DNA of 64,000 nucleotides from Paraspadella gotoi (taxonomy: Eukaryota; Animalia; Chaetognatha). The notes beneath the pieces were generated by a model. The model saw only the letters and a list, made by a program, of their open reading frames with translations, was not told the origin of the DNA and made no database searches. The translations under genes and the position numbers were made by a program. Of the stretch, positions 1 to 11,373 are shown piece after piece (positions within the stretch are counted from its first letter, which is position 1; every line of letters begins with the position of its first letter). Location of the stretch: assembly GCA_051294375.1 (NCBI GenBank), contig CM119263.1:4339947-4403946 (forward strand), in the 5' to 3' direction.

Positions 1-244
1 TCTCCACACCCCCCCCAAAACCACCACGAAACCACCTCTTTCCCAACCACCCACTTCTTTTTACGCCTTGTTTGCTTAGACTAATTAAGACGCAAACGTT
101 TCGTTAGCCTTCGTCTGAATTTACGGTGACAAGGAACGAGGTTCGCTTTGCATAGCAGAGGGGGGGGGGAGATGGGGGGAGAAAGAGCGATAATAAGCGT
201 CGTATCGCTGCGGTAAAAAGCGTCGGTAAAAAAGCGTCGGTCTA

Positions 245-246
<2 letters not shown>

Positions 247-327
<81 letters not shown>

Positions 328-566
328 ATTAATCTCCCACAAACGAAGTCGAGGATTTATACTCCTCGGCATCTTTCGACAACAACAACAACTACCACTA
401 GGAAAACTACAACTCGGTTAAAGACCAAGAATTTATGTTTCATTTCTTCTTTATAGATTTTTTTTTAATGAGACAATAAATCTGAAACAATATTTACGAC
501 GGTCGACGCTCGACCGTGAAAAGCCAAACGTTTCACTTTTTTTGTTGCGAAGCGTCTCTCTCTCTA

Positions 567-642
<76 letters not shown>

Positions 643-648
643 CTCTCT
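247..648. repeat. (AG)n tract 247-327 and (CT)n tract 556-648; representative of dozens of AG/CT microsatellites in the window
   Basis: Direct reading. These tracts produce the SLSLSL and ERERER ORFs. Confidence 0.98.
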
Positions 649-1282
649 CGTGATTTATGAAGTGCTCAATTCTCGTCCGTCCATTCACGCGTCGAGCGCC
701 CCCTTTTTTCTCCGATGTCCATCTCTCGGTTTTTTTTCGAAGAAACAAAAGACTAATATTAAAAAAAAGATAATTTAATTAAGTCGGAATCGAGGTTTTA
801 ATTAAGGCGCGTTTTTTCATTTCCATCCTCGACTCGTGTAATTAAGGCGAGAAAGGTGGAGGAGCTAGATTTTAATTACGTTTGATTTATATGAACATTT
901 ATTTTATCGAACATCGTCGTATAATATGACTTGCGAGTATCCATTTTTGTCTTTAGATGAGATATCTTAGTTTTAGTAATGATATTTTTAGTTTTGTTTT
1001 CACATTTTTTCCTATTTTGCATATAATAAATCAGTTAAACGTTTTTTTTTAGCCAAACTTTTAATTAATTTGCCTCGAGCGCTTTGCGTCGCTTCTCCTC
1101 ACCATCAGCCCTCACTCCGCGAGTCCCAGCCAACGCCCTGCACTCACCTCCACTAACTCACGCCATACCGCGCTCCCACAGCCGCCCACACGCGCGCCAC
1201 ACGCGCGCCCACACGCGCGCCCAAACAACGCGCCACACGTCGCAAACGAATCGTCGAATCTCGTCCGATGATGTATATCTCG

Positions 1283-1689
1283 TGTAAAGAATAGTCGTAC
1301 GTTTACTGATAGCTGTATGCACTGCATAGTCGTCACTAGCGGCTGCTTACGCGCGTCGATATTTGTTTATTGAGTTTGCCTAGTTTACCGAAACCTTACA
1401 CTACCGTTTTTGAGGCGCCGTAAGACGATTCGACGTTACGAAAGTTTTTTGAAACGATTATTTTGAGGAAACGTAAAAAAATCCCTAACTGCCCAAAATG
1501 TAAATGAAATTGTAAAATGTAATTCGACATTGTAATTTGATAAATAATATTTCTGCAGAGTTTTGAACACTTCGCTCTCCGTCACTTAGCATCTCAATAA
1601 ACTACTCTTCGTTGAACTCACGGGCATTTAACATTTAGACAGATATTTTTGATAGGCTTTTGCTCAGTGGACATCGATTTCCATATTCA
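1283..1689 (+). repeat. 5' LTR, copy 1
   Basis: Begins TG and aligns to 7679-8092 through GGGCATTTAACATTTAGACAGATATTTT and ...CGATTTC. Ends near ...ATATTCA (3' boundary approximate). Contains AATAAA at ~1596. Confidence 0.85.
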
Positions 1690-1756
1690 AACCTATTTAG
1701 CAGCCAAAGGGGGAAAATAAAACCATACTTAGAGCGTTGGAACGAATAGGGACTTT

Positions 1757-1775
1757 TGGCCCATGAATCCGGATT
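1757..1775 (+). promoter_or_regulatory. Candidate primer-binding site, degenerate tRNA-Tyr type (also at 11441 and 21568)
   Basis: TGGCCCATGAATCCGGATT resembles the TGGTCCTTCGAGCCGGA primer site common in BEL/Pao elements. It has several mismatches and lies ~70 bp downstream of the inferred LTR end. Confidence 0.4.
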
Positions 1776-3734
1776 GAAATTTAACTATAACCTAGCTGAT
1801 AGCAGCGGGGCTAGCTAGGATCGACGACGCTAATAGCCTCTCGGGCTCACGCGAAGTTTGAATTTTTTTTCGCGGTTTTTAATAAACGGGCCGGTTTTTC
1901 GAAACCTGGTGCTAACATTCGCCGCTGCAGCCGCCGCCGGACGCGAGGACGAGGGAACGCGGGCGTGCAGAAGTGAAGCTGTCGATCCCAGTTCCAGACA
2001 TCACGGTCGTCGAAGTCACCAAAAAGTATGGAGGCCTATGCCTAACAGCGAATGGCGAGAGTGAGACTTCACGATAAAGAAGGGATATTTTTATGATTCG
2101 CGACCGCAAAACGAACGCGGGTTCGGGCGTTCCTACGAATTAAATCGAGGATTAAATAATTTCGTGGAAACTTACCACAAAGCGAAGGTCGATGCTACGG
2201 TTCAAGCGATCACAAATCTGACGGACGTGCGTGGCCGGTAACGCGCTTTTCGAAGAACTTCACATTTCATTGCCCGTGCACGCCATCATTCGAGACCGAC
2301 CGCGTGCGTAAAGTTTATTAAATCCCGATTATTCGAGCTTCCGTTCGCGCCAAATGTTAGGAATTGGTCCTGTTATTGTTTTGGTCCGCTGCCGAAAAAC
2401 CGTTCCGGAAGTTTGAGCTGAGAAAGAAGGGAGGGAAATATTTCTGTACTGGGCCGCCGCGGATAGCCTGTTTTTTTCCGAAAACCCGCGTAACGATCCC
2501 CACCTGCCCGTTATGCACAGCAGTCCTCGTCCCACACGTCGAGGTGGCTGGAGACTTCGCCCGACTTTCCCGTGTCCACCCATTCGTTCGGAGAGATCGA
2601 AGGTCAGCATCCCGCTATCGATAAAAACAGTATCTCATGCTTCGTCCAAATCGTCTCGTGAACGGTCCGTCGAGGTTAGTACAACGATCTGGAAAAAATG
2701 AAAGGAAGAAAGAATGATATAGAAATGGAGGAAAGGAAAATTGAGTTAGCGGCGAGAAAAAGAAAAGAATCGAAAGGAGGAAAGAAAAAAGCGAGAAGAA
2801 AAGTTAAATCGTTTTTAAAAGAAGAGAAATAGTGACGACGTGAAGACCTGTTTTCATGTAGATCCGTTACTATGCGGTCGACGAACGTCGAAACAAAAGC
2901 GGACGTGTCGACGACTGAATGCCGAGACGCCGAAGAAATTCGTCGTAATGAACCGTCGCCGTGAGGAGCATCGTCAGGAGGAAGTGCCGTCTCACAGGAG
3001 CGCCGTCATGAGGAGCGCCGCCGCCGCGAGGAGTGCGCTTGGAAGCGCGCCGCCTTGAGACGTCGCGTCGAGGAGCGTTCGCAGAAAATTCATGAAACCA
3101 AAGAGGTGAACCGTTTTGCACGCCGGTCGATGATGATGCGGCATCAAGACTATACAACATTGTATGCCGCGGTAAGGGGCCGGAGACAGAAAGGGAAAAG
3201 CGAAGTCCAAGGTCGAAGTTTTTTCTTAACGTTTCCAAGAGTGGGGAGAAAATGATCGAATTCTCGCGCCGCGCCGATAGTAACGCCGCCGGGGGTACCC
3301 GCCGCCTTACGTTCCGTTAGCCGCGCCGAAATCCGTACCGCCTCCCGTTCCGCCGCCCGTACAGCCGTTCGTGCTTTCCGTCAATCCAGTTTAAAAGCGA
3401 GTGAGCCGCCGGCTCGCCCCCCGCCGCCGCCGCCGCCGCCGCCGCCGCGTCCTGAGTTAACAAGAAAAAGCTGTTGAGCCGCATGTCGCGCGGTTATCAG
3501 AAACGCCGTCGTCCGTTTATCGGATTTATCACACCGCCGCATAGTCTTGTAATTGTTCTTGTAAACTGAGAGATCTTCCAAGTAGTGCTGCTGCCGTCGT
3601 CGACAGGTAGGCCGCCGGAGGAGGATCGTGAATCTGAAAGGAAAGGAAACGGAGAAAAAGGTTGAGAGGATGCGTAACTCAGCTTTGTATCTTACAAACG
3701 CAACAACAGGCATTAAGTTTGATTAGGCAGAACG

Positions 3735-3975
3735 TCCCCAAGTTAAGTTTAACCGGTAAAGACGCAGAGTGGATTTTCGGAGTCGCAAATGAATTCATTT
3801 GAGTCCGTTGATCGTATCGGCCGGGGTACAAGATGAGATCTTAATGTCTGAGTTAAAAGAATAATTTCGACGGAGACGCCGGAATAATTGTTTCAGCAAT
3901 ATGAAGGCTTCGGCGACATAAAGGAGCCCTGGAAAAAGGTCCAAAAAAGTTTTAACGATTGAGTTCGGTCGTAGA
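3735..3975 (+). pseudogene. gag: BEL/Pao gag capsid-like (DUF1759-type) remnant, frameshifted (copy 1)
   Basis: Manual frame-joining gives ~VKF.GKDAEW...SFESLIVSAGVQDEILMSELKE..DGDA...KVLTIEFGR, matching the Pao gag pattern F.G...EW..F...FES...L...L.G.A...FG. Preceded by a (CCG)n Pro/Ala-rich tract at ~3415-3450. Confidence 0.7.
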
Positions 3976-4541
3976 ATTTCACAGCGAGGCAAATGTTGAG
4001 GATTTATTAAAAAGGCCCGAAAATCTCGGATTCGAGATCACGCGGGAGCGAGAACCTTTATTCTCGAGATGGAAAAGTTTCACAGTTCGCGCCGTCCGAA
4101 CAAAATCGTGCCGACCACTTTTTCTACGCAAGAAACATACACTGAAGGTCATTTCAAAAAAAATTGCGTTTTAGCCGGTCCGGTTTTCCGAAGAGAATGA
4201 TTCGACATGAGATGTGCAGTTTTGAAAGAGAATAGAGAAGGAAATCTCGAAATGGATTTTCGCGGAAGAATTTATTGAACTCGTGAAAGATTGACGAAGA
4301 TGAGCGAAAGAAAGGAAGCTGTTGAACAAACAACGTAAAATAATGGGAAACGAGAGAGTGAGTGAGAATGATACAAATGAGCGCACGCACGTACGGTATC
4401 ACAGAACAATGTGTCCGTCCGACGCCGCCACGACCACGAAAGCAAAAGCCGTCGGCGCGAGTCAAAGCGTTCCAAACCAAACTCAGATCCAAGCACACAC
4501 GTTCACCACCGAGAGGGCAGCGAAAGTCTAAGTGGTGATTT

Positions 4542-4736
4542 TTGGCGAAAAAGCACATTTTAAACCGGAGTATTTATAAAATTTCTGAGCTGGACGAAGA
4601 CTCGAGATCCGGCTTGATAGGGAGAAAGGCCTGTGCATGTTATGTTTGGTCGAGGACATCAAGCGAGATCATGTTCGAACTTGATGGCTGCCAACGTGTG
4701 GACGTCGCGCCCATTCACGCATCCTCTGCATCGTGA
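4542..4736 (+). pseudogene. Probable aspartic protease remnant of the BEL/Pao polyprotein (also 14226-14420 and 24353-24547)
   Basis: ELDEDSRSGLI resembles the LLDxGSxxSxI protease motif and sits between gag and RT. Confidence 0.45.
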
Positions 4737-5689
4737 AGGCCGGCGATAGAGGAAAATTCTTCCTGCTAGCGGCCGCGGTATGGTGACGAACCGGCCGCGT
4801 TCAAACCAATAGTACCTGTTGTTGTAACGAAATGAGAATAAAATCTGTTGTTACATACGCTAATGTTAGACAGCGGAGCCACGAGATCGGCAATTTCACT
4901 TAGATTGCGGCGAGAATTATAATGTAAATACTTATGCTGAATTTACAAATTTAACGGCACGTACAACAAAGTATCAAAAGCCTGGAGAGATTACACGACA
5001 TTAGAATTTCGAATTTGGACGAACTTACGCCACGGAAATAAACAAATAGTTTTTAGTCGGCGACGTATTAACGACAGAGACCGACCGACCGACAAAATCA
5101 CGAAATTGAAGATTACAATTACATAAGGAAGTGAGATTTGAGGAATTGGAAAGAAGATGCGGTTGAGATGTGATTCTCGACGGCCAGGTTGGCACATGTC
5201 TTGGGTCGGTGGAAGACAGGATCGGGCCGGAAGGGTTTCCCGTTGCACTAAAGAACGAAGTTTCGGATGACGACTGATCGAGCAAGTGACGAAACGAAAG
5301 TGGAGATCACGTAAGTTGTTTGTTCGACGTTGCCAGAGACGTAGAAACTGGCAATATTTGATCGCGAATATGTTTTCGTTATGATTTTCTGTTTGGAAGG
5401 GTCGAACTGTATCGTCGAGGTTCAACACGCGTCTCCGTGCAAGATGGATTTCGCGATTGAGCAGCTTGAGAGAGAAAATTTATTTCAATGAGTCAACGGC
5501 ATTATGTCGCGCCATCGCCATGGAAAAACACGGAAGGAAAAAACCGCTTGAGATGTTCGCGAAGATGAAAAAGAAGTTACGAAGAGCGCAGAGAACAGAG
5601 CGAGGAAGTTCGGGCAAATAAAATGAGAAAAGATCGGTGGTGCTTGAAGGGGTGTTAAAGACGATGAGGAAACCATAAGGTTTGGGTCA

Positions 5690-6330
5690 TGTAAAGAAAA
5701 AGCTAAAGTTGAGAATCCGTTCGCTGATTTGCCCGTGTTTTTTCGCGCCGTTACCTCGTCGTTACAAGCGGGACAAGAACCGGCAAAATTTCGTATTTGC
5801 CCAGGTGCGTTGTCGAAAGTCAAAGGAAAGTGTTTAAATGATTTTTTGATACGCTGTACCCGATAACCTTACACTTTAGTCGGCATGTTGTTAAAATTTC
5901 GCCGAAAAAAGGTACAGCTATTCCGGAGATATTAAAGGATTTTTTCACCAAGTTGAGCTTCATCCAAAAGACGTGCCGCGTTTCAGGTACCATTGGTACA
6001 AGGATAAGTCGATGAGGGAATTGGAGGTGCGCGAGCCGCTCGTGCCACGGTGTTCGGTGGCGGCCGGAAGCCCAGGTATAGACAGACTTTCCGTGGTGCA
6101 ATATCATGGTATAGAGACTGAGTTCAAAAGAAAGATTTTTTCGCCGGAGGTGATAGCGGCGTTTTTCTTGAAAGTAATACGTCGATGATTTTTTTGATTC
6201 GTTGGACGGGATTAAGGCGGCAAGGAAGATGAAAAGGACAATGACTGAGGGATGAGAAAGGGTGGATTTGAAACTGGAGAAATAGCAAGCATCGGACGAG
6301 AGAATTTTGTCGGACAGGCGGACGGCGAAC
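5690..6330 (+). pseudogene. pol: Pao-type reverse transcriptase remnant, frameshifted (copy 1)
   Basis: KFRICPGALSKVKGKCLNDFL (from 5786), GDIKGFFHQVELHPKDVPRFRYHW (from 5925), VFGG..SP, YVDDFFDSLDGIKAARKMKRTM (from 6178) and KGGF.LEK. These match the BEL/Pao RT blocks KxRxxxDAS..SLND / ADI..MF.QV / FG..SSP / YVDD / GGFxLxKW. Confidence 0.9.
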
Positions 6331-7671
6331 GAATGAAGACCAAAAGTGGTTGACGGCAGTCGCGGACGAAGAACTGGAAAGACGATTTTGGAAAGAATGG
6401 CCGAAAACGCGCTGCCGGAGGATCCGTCGATACGCCAAATATGATTCGAAGGATTGGAGTCGCATTTAAAGACATTTGAAAAGTCGCCCATTGTTTTGTT
6501 TTGTTGTTAAGTCGCGTGCGCGAAGTAATCTTGACCAGGAAACTAAAAAGGGAAACATTAATTAGAAATAAGCGAGGGAAGGGCCACGTCAAATTTGTGA
6601 CGAGGTCGAAAACTAGATACCAAATAAAGCATTAACGAAAATAAAAAACAAAAAAAGAACTTACCTTTAAAAATTAACGACGGTAAATAGGATAAACGAG
6701 ATCAACAAAAGTTTTAAGAGCGAAAATGAAAGTAAAACATATTGATCGAGAGAAAAGATAAAGTCCTATAGGATAGGCTAGTATTAAAATAGGAAAGCAT
6801 ACTAGCTAGATGCGGATTACTTATTAAATTTAATTTCAACCGTATTCGAAATAACATTAATTTTTGCTCATAACAAAAAAAAAAAAAAAAAAAAAAAGAA
6901 AAGAAAAAAAGAACATTATCTAAACAAACTAATTCTTGCAGTGCAAGAAAGGGGGAGAGAAATTCAGCGTAGTTTCGTCCGTCTCGAATGCACGCATGCA
7001 AATGCCCGCACACGCACGTAACACGCAGTACACAGCCAAAACTCGTTCCAGACAAGATGAAGACGGAGACAACGAAAGACGGTACGGCAAAGCGTCAAGC
7101 AAAGCAAAGCGTAAAAGCAGAGCAGAACGTCATCAGCAAGCAGAACTAGGACGTCATCGAACAGAACAACAGCGTGCATCGAGCAGAGCATCATTCGCGG
7201 CGTCAGTCCGTAGCGCGTCGTCGGGCGCCGTGCGTGGAAAGAGAGACGAAACAAGGCCAGCCAAAGATTGTTGCACACTCCGTCGTCATGGGCGTCAAGA
7301 ACTGTTGCTGACCCCATCAAGGGCCAATCAAAGACGTTCTAGTTCGTCGTCAAAGGACGTTGCAACGGGTCGTCAAGGTTGTGTCAACCCAAGATGCCAG
7401 CAGAATCCGGTCAAAGAAAGCAGAACGTTCACTCGCGGGAGAATGGGCAACCGTTACGGGGGGAGCTCGTGCCATGGAGACGACGAAAGCCGGGCGCGGA
7501 CTTGGGATACGGGGAAATATACTTTGGGGATATGGGGGAAATGAACTTTGGGGAAAGGGGCAGTACGTCAAAGGAAAATACATTACTTCTTCAAATTGCA
7601 ATGGGCGAAGATTTGATTTGTTTCTTGTAGCGACTATTAGTAGTTTAATTGTTTTTGGTCGAAGGGTCGAC

Positions 7672-7678
7672 GGGGGAG
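7672..7678 (+). promoter_or_regulatory. Polypurine tract (also at 17356 and 27483)
   Basis: GGGGGAG abuts the TG of the 3' LTR and is absent before the 5' LTR. Confidence 0.75.
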
Positions 7679-8092
7679 TGTAAAGAATAGTCGTACGTTT
7701 ATGAATAGCTGTATTGCACTGCATAGGTCGTATAGCGCTGCTTACGGCGTCGTCGATAATTTGTTATTTGAGTTAGCCTAGTTACTGAAACCTTCACTAC
7801 CGTTTTGAGGCGCCGTAAGACGATTCGAGCGTTACCGAGTTTTTGAAACCGATTATTTTGAGAAAAACTGTAAAAATCCCTAACTGCCCAAAATGTAAGA
7901 TGAAATTGTAAAATGTAATTCGACATTGTATTTGATAAATAATAATTTCTGCAGATTTGAACACTTCGCTTCTGCCGTCACTTCACATCCTACCAATAAA
8001 ACTACTCTCGTTGAAACTCAACGGGCATTTAACATTTAGACAGATATTTTTTGATTAGGCTTTTTGTAGTGGAAATTTCGATTTCAAATAAT
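7679..8092 (+). repeat. 3' LTR, copy 1
   Basis: TGTAAAGAATAGTCGTACG directly follows the polypurine tract. Homologous to the 5' LTR, differing mostly by 1-bp indels. Confidence 0.85.
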
Positions 8093-9127
8093 TCTCGCGT
8101 TCATCTTCGTGCGGCCGGTCCTGTCCAAATTTCAATATATGTATTGTTCATTTCTCTCGTCGATTCTTCTCTCTCTCTCTCGTTCTCTCTCATCTCTCTT
8201 CTCTCCTCGGTCTGTCCTCATCTCTCTCTCTCTCTCTCTCTTTCTCTCTATCTCTCTCTCTCTCCATCTCTCTACTCTCGTCATCCTGCCTTACAGAATG
8301 AATTGTGTGTTACATCTGTCGGGACTGTGCCATATTTACGCCTTCATTCTTCGAGATGATCAGATACGAAAATATTCATTTTGACTTCGTCATTATCTTT
8401 TTTTTTAAAAGCAAAATACAATTTTTTTTTTTGTATAGTTTGGAGGGCCAAGCAGCCAGAGACAGTCTCCTTCGTTTGCTTGTCAGGAGGGAAGATCTAA
8501 CTTTTTTTTTTCTTTTTCGGTTTTAAATAATAATTCCCAACTAATTAACGAAACTTGTTATTTTTAAAACTTAATGCTGCTAGCATATAAATTTTTTAAA
8601 AAAAAATGTTCATTATTTACCAGTCAAAAAATAATTTTCTTCTCCTTCGTTAATCAACTTTTAGTTTTTGGCTCTCGTATCCTTTGGCTTGAAAAACAGC
8701 GTCAACACACCGATCCTCTCTCTCCTCTCTCTCTCTCTGCCTCGTCTCTCTCTCTCTCATCTCTCTCTCTCTCCTTCTCTCTCTCTCTCATCTCTCTCTC
8801 TCTCTCGTGTCTCTCTCTCTCTCTCTCTTTCCTCTCTGCCCACTCTCAACTCATATTCAAAAGACATTGAACAGTTGTCATTTTTCTCTCTCGATTTTAT
8901 GTCACACTATGACGTCGCACATTCCGTTCGGACGCGATCCAGCTCCGGTTCATCATTGAAGTAAAAAGAAAAAAAAATTTGCTTCTTGACGTCGAGTTGT
9001 CGAGGTTGGACAGAAACCTTTATGAAATGTTTTCCAAGCCAGGAGTGTTATTCACTTTTTTGACACATTGGAAAAGAGATTTCTTTTTAATCAAAGTTTA
9101 TGAGGGAGTTAATTATTGAGGACTGAT

Positions 9128-9527
9128 TGAATGAATGAAATGATATAAATGAATAGATGATCAATGAAAAAAAGATGAATCAAATGAATCAATAAATGAA
9201 GAATAAAAATGAATAAATGAAAGACATGAATGAATGAATGAATGAATGATGAATGAATTGAATGAATGAAGAAAAGAAAGAACATGAATGAATGAATGAA
9301 TAAGAATTAATCAATGATGAAATGAATGAATAAATGAATGATTAAATGAATGAATGAATGATGAATTAATGAATGAAATGAATAATGAATAAATAATGAA
9401 TGAATAGATGGATGGATGGACGAATGATAATGAATGAATGAATTTAATGAATGAATGAAATTTAATGAATGAATGAGATTAATGAATGAATGAATGAATG
9501 ATTTAAATGAATGAATGAATGAATGAA
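9128..9527 (+). repeat. Imperfect (GAAT)n microsatellite
   Basis: ~400 bp of TGAATGAATGAA variants. Confidence 0.97.
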
Positions 9528-10250
9528 GGAATGTACGATCAACGATCACCCTCTCTGATCCCTGATCTCTTCATCCCGATCCGCCGCTAAAACAACTCAA
9601 AAATATGGCCACAAAGGTCATTGATAACCCAAATTGATCCCAGATTGATCCCCGGACATTACCCTACGAGAATTCACCTTAAAAGCATAGTTGAAACTCC
9701 AGTTTTTCGAGTTTGAACTCGATAGTTTTTTTTCCCTTTTTTTCCTCTTTTTTGTTCTAACTTTTTCTTTTTCTTCTTTTTTTTTCTTATTTTTATATCA
9801 AATATTGTTGCCTTTTTTTCGGGTACGAAAGCAGTTCTCGACTGGTAATGAGAAATATTAGTCTCTCTCTCTCTCTCCTCTCCCTCTCCTTCTCTCCTCT
9901 CTCAACTCTCCTCCTCTCCATCTACCGCTCCCTCTCTCTCCATCTCTCTCCTCTCCATCTCCTCCNNNNNNNNNNNNNNNNNNNNNNNNNAGAGAGAGAG
10001 AGAGAGAGAGAATTATCTCCCACAAACGAGTCGAGGATTTATACTCCTCGCATCTTTCGACAACAACAACAACTACAACTAGAACAACTACAACTCGGTT
10101 AAAGACCAAGAATTTATGTTTCATTTCTCTCTTTATAGAATTTTTTTTTAAATGAGAAATAAATCTGAAACAATATTTACGACGGTCGACGCTCGACCGT
10201 GAAAAGCCAACCGTTTCACTTTTTTTTGTTGCGAAGCGTCTCTCTCTCTA

Positions 10251-10326
<76 letters not shown>

Positions 10327-10966
10327 CTCTCTCGTGATTTATGAAGTGCTCAATTCTCGTCCGTCCATTCACGCGTCGAGCGCCCCCTTTTTTCTCCGAT
10401 GTCCATCTCTCGGTTTTTTTTCGAAGAAACAAAAGACTAATATTAAAAAAAAGATAATTTAATTAAGTCGGAATCGAGGTTTTAATTAAGGCGCGTTTTT
10501 TCATTTCCATCCTCGACTCGTGTAATTAAGGCGAGAAAGGTGGAGGAGCTAGATTTTAATTACGTTTGATTTATATGAACATTTATTTTATCGAACATCG
10601 TCGTATAATATGACTTGCGAGTATCCATTTTTGTCTTTAGATGAGATATCTTAGTTTTAGTAATGATATTTTTAGTTTTGTTTTCACATTTTTTCCTATT
10701 TTGCATATAATAAATCAGTTAAACGTTTTTTTTTAGCCAAACTTTTAATTAATTTGCCTCGAGCGCTTTGCGTCGCTTCTCCTCACCATCAGCCCTCACT
10801 CCGCGAGTCCCAGCCAACGCCCTGCACTCACCTCCACTAACTCACGCCATACCGCGCTCCCACAGCCGCCCACACGCGCGCCACACGCGCGCCCACACGC
10901 GCGCCCAAACAACGCGCCACACGTCGCAAACGAATCGTCGAATCTCGTCCGATGATGTATATCTCG

Positions 10967-11373
10967 TGTAAAGAATAGTCGTACGTTTACTGATAGCTGT
11001 ATGCACTGCATAGTCGTCACTAGCGGCTGCTTACGCGCGTCGATATTTGTTTATTGAGTTTGCCTAGTTTACCGAAACCTTACACTACCGTTTTTGAGGC
11101 GCCGTAAGACGATTCGACGTTACGAAAGTTTTTTGAAACGATTATTTTGAGGAAACGTAAAAAAATCCCTAACTGCCCAAAATGTAAATGAAATTGTAAA
11201 ATGTAATTCGACATTGTAATTTGATAAATAATATTTCTGCAGAGTTTTGAACACTTCGCTCTCCGTCACTTAGCATCTCAATAAACTACTCTTCGTTGAA
11301 CTCACGGGCATTTAACATTTAGACAGATATTTTTGATAGGCTTTTGCTCAGTGGACATCGATTTCCATATTCA
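10967..11373 (+). repeat. 5' LTR, copy 2
   Basis: Matches 1283-1689. Confidence 0.85.

Larger units (their letters stand above)
1283..8092 (+). mobile_element. BEL/Pao-superfamily LTR retrotransposon, frameshifted and apparently internally deleted (copy 1)
   Basis: Direct repeats start TGTAAAGAATAGTCGTACG at 1283 and 7679, with GGGGGAG immediately before the second. TCTCG flanks both ends (1278-1282, 8093-8097). Internal gag-, protease- and Pao-type RT motifs occur in the expected order. Confidence 0.9.
1..9965 (+). repeat. Triplicated locus 1, copy 1 (BEL/Pao element plus microsatellite-rich flanks)
   Basis: The ORF track and sequence recur at +9684 and +19811. The core (~530-8140) looks identical in all three copies. 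Ends in (CT)n followed by a 25-N gap. Confidence 0.97.

Noticed and set aside
121-778. SLSLSL / ERERER ORFs here and throughout the window
   Set aside because: They are translations of AG/CT microsatellites.
5820-6491. 223-aa minus-strand ORF (and its two copies)
   Set aside because: It is the antisense shadow of the RT coding region.
6876-6910. Poly(A) as the 3' tail of a non-LTR retrotransposon
   Set aside because: The RT motifs are Pao-type and the region is enclosed by LTRs with a polypurine tract and TSD.
6936-7544. 202-aa ORF as an env-like or accessory gene of the retroelement
   Set aside because: Non-ATG start, R/S/A/Q-rich low complexity, and no signal peptide or transmembrane segment.
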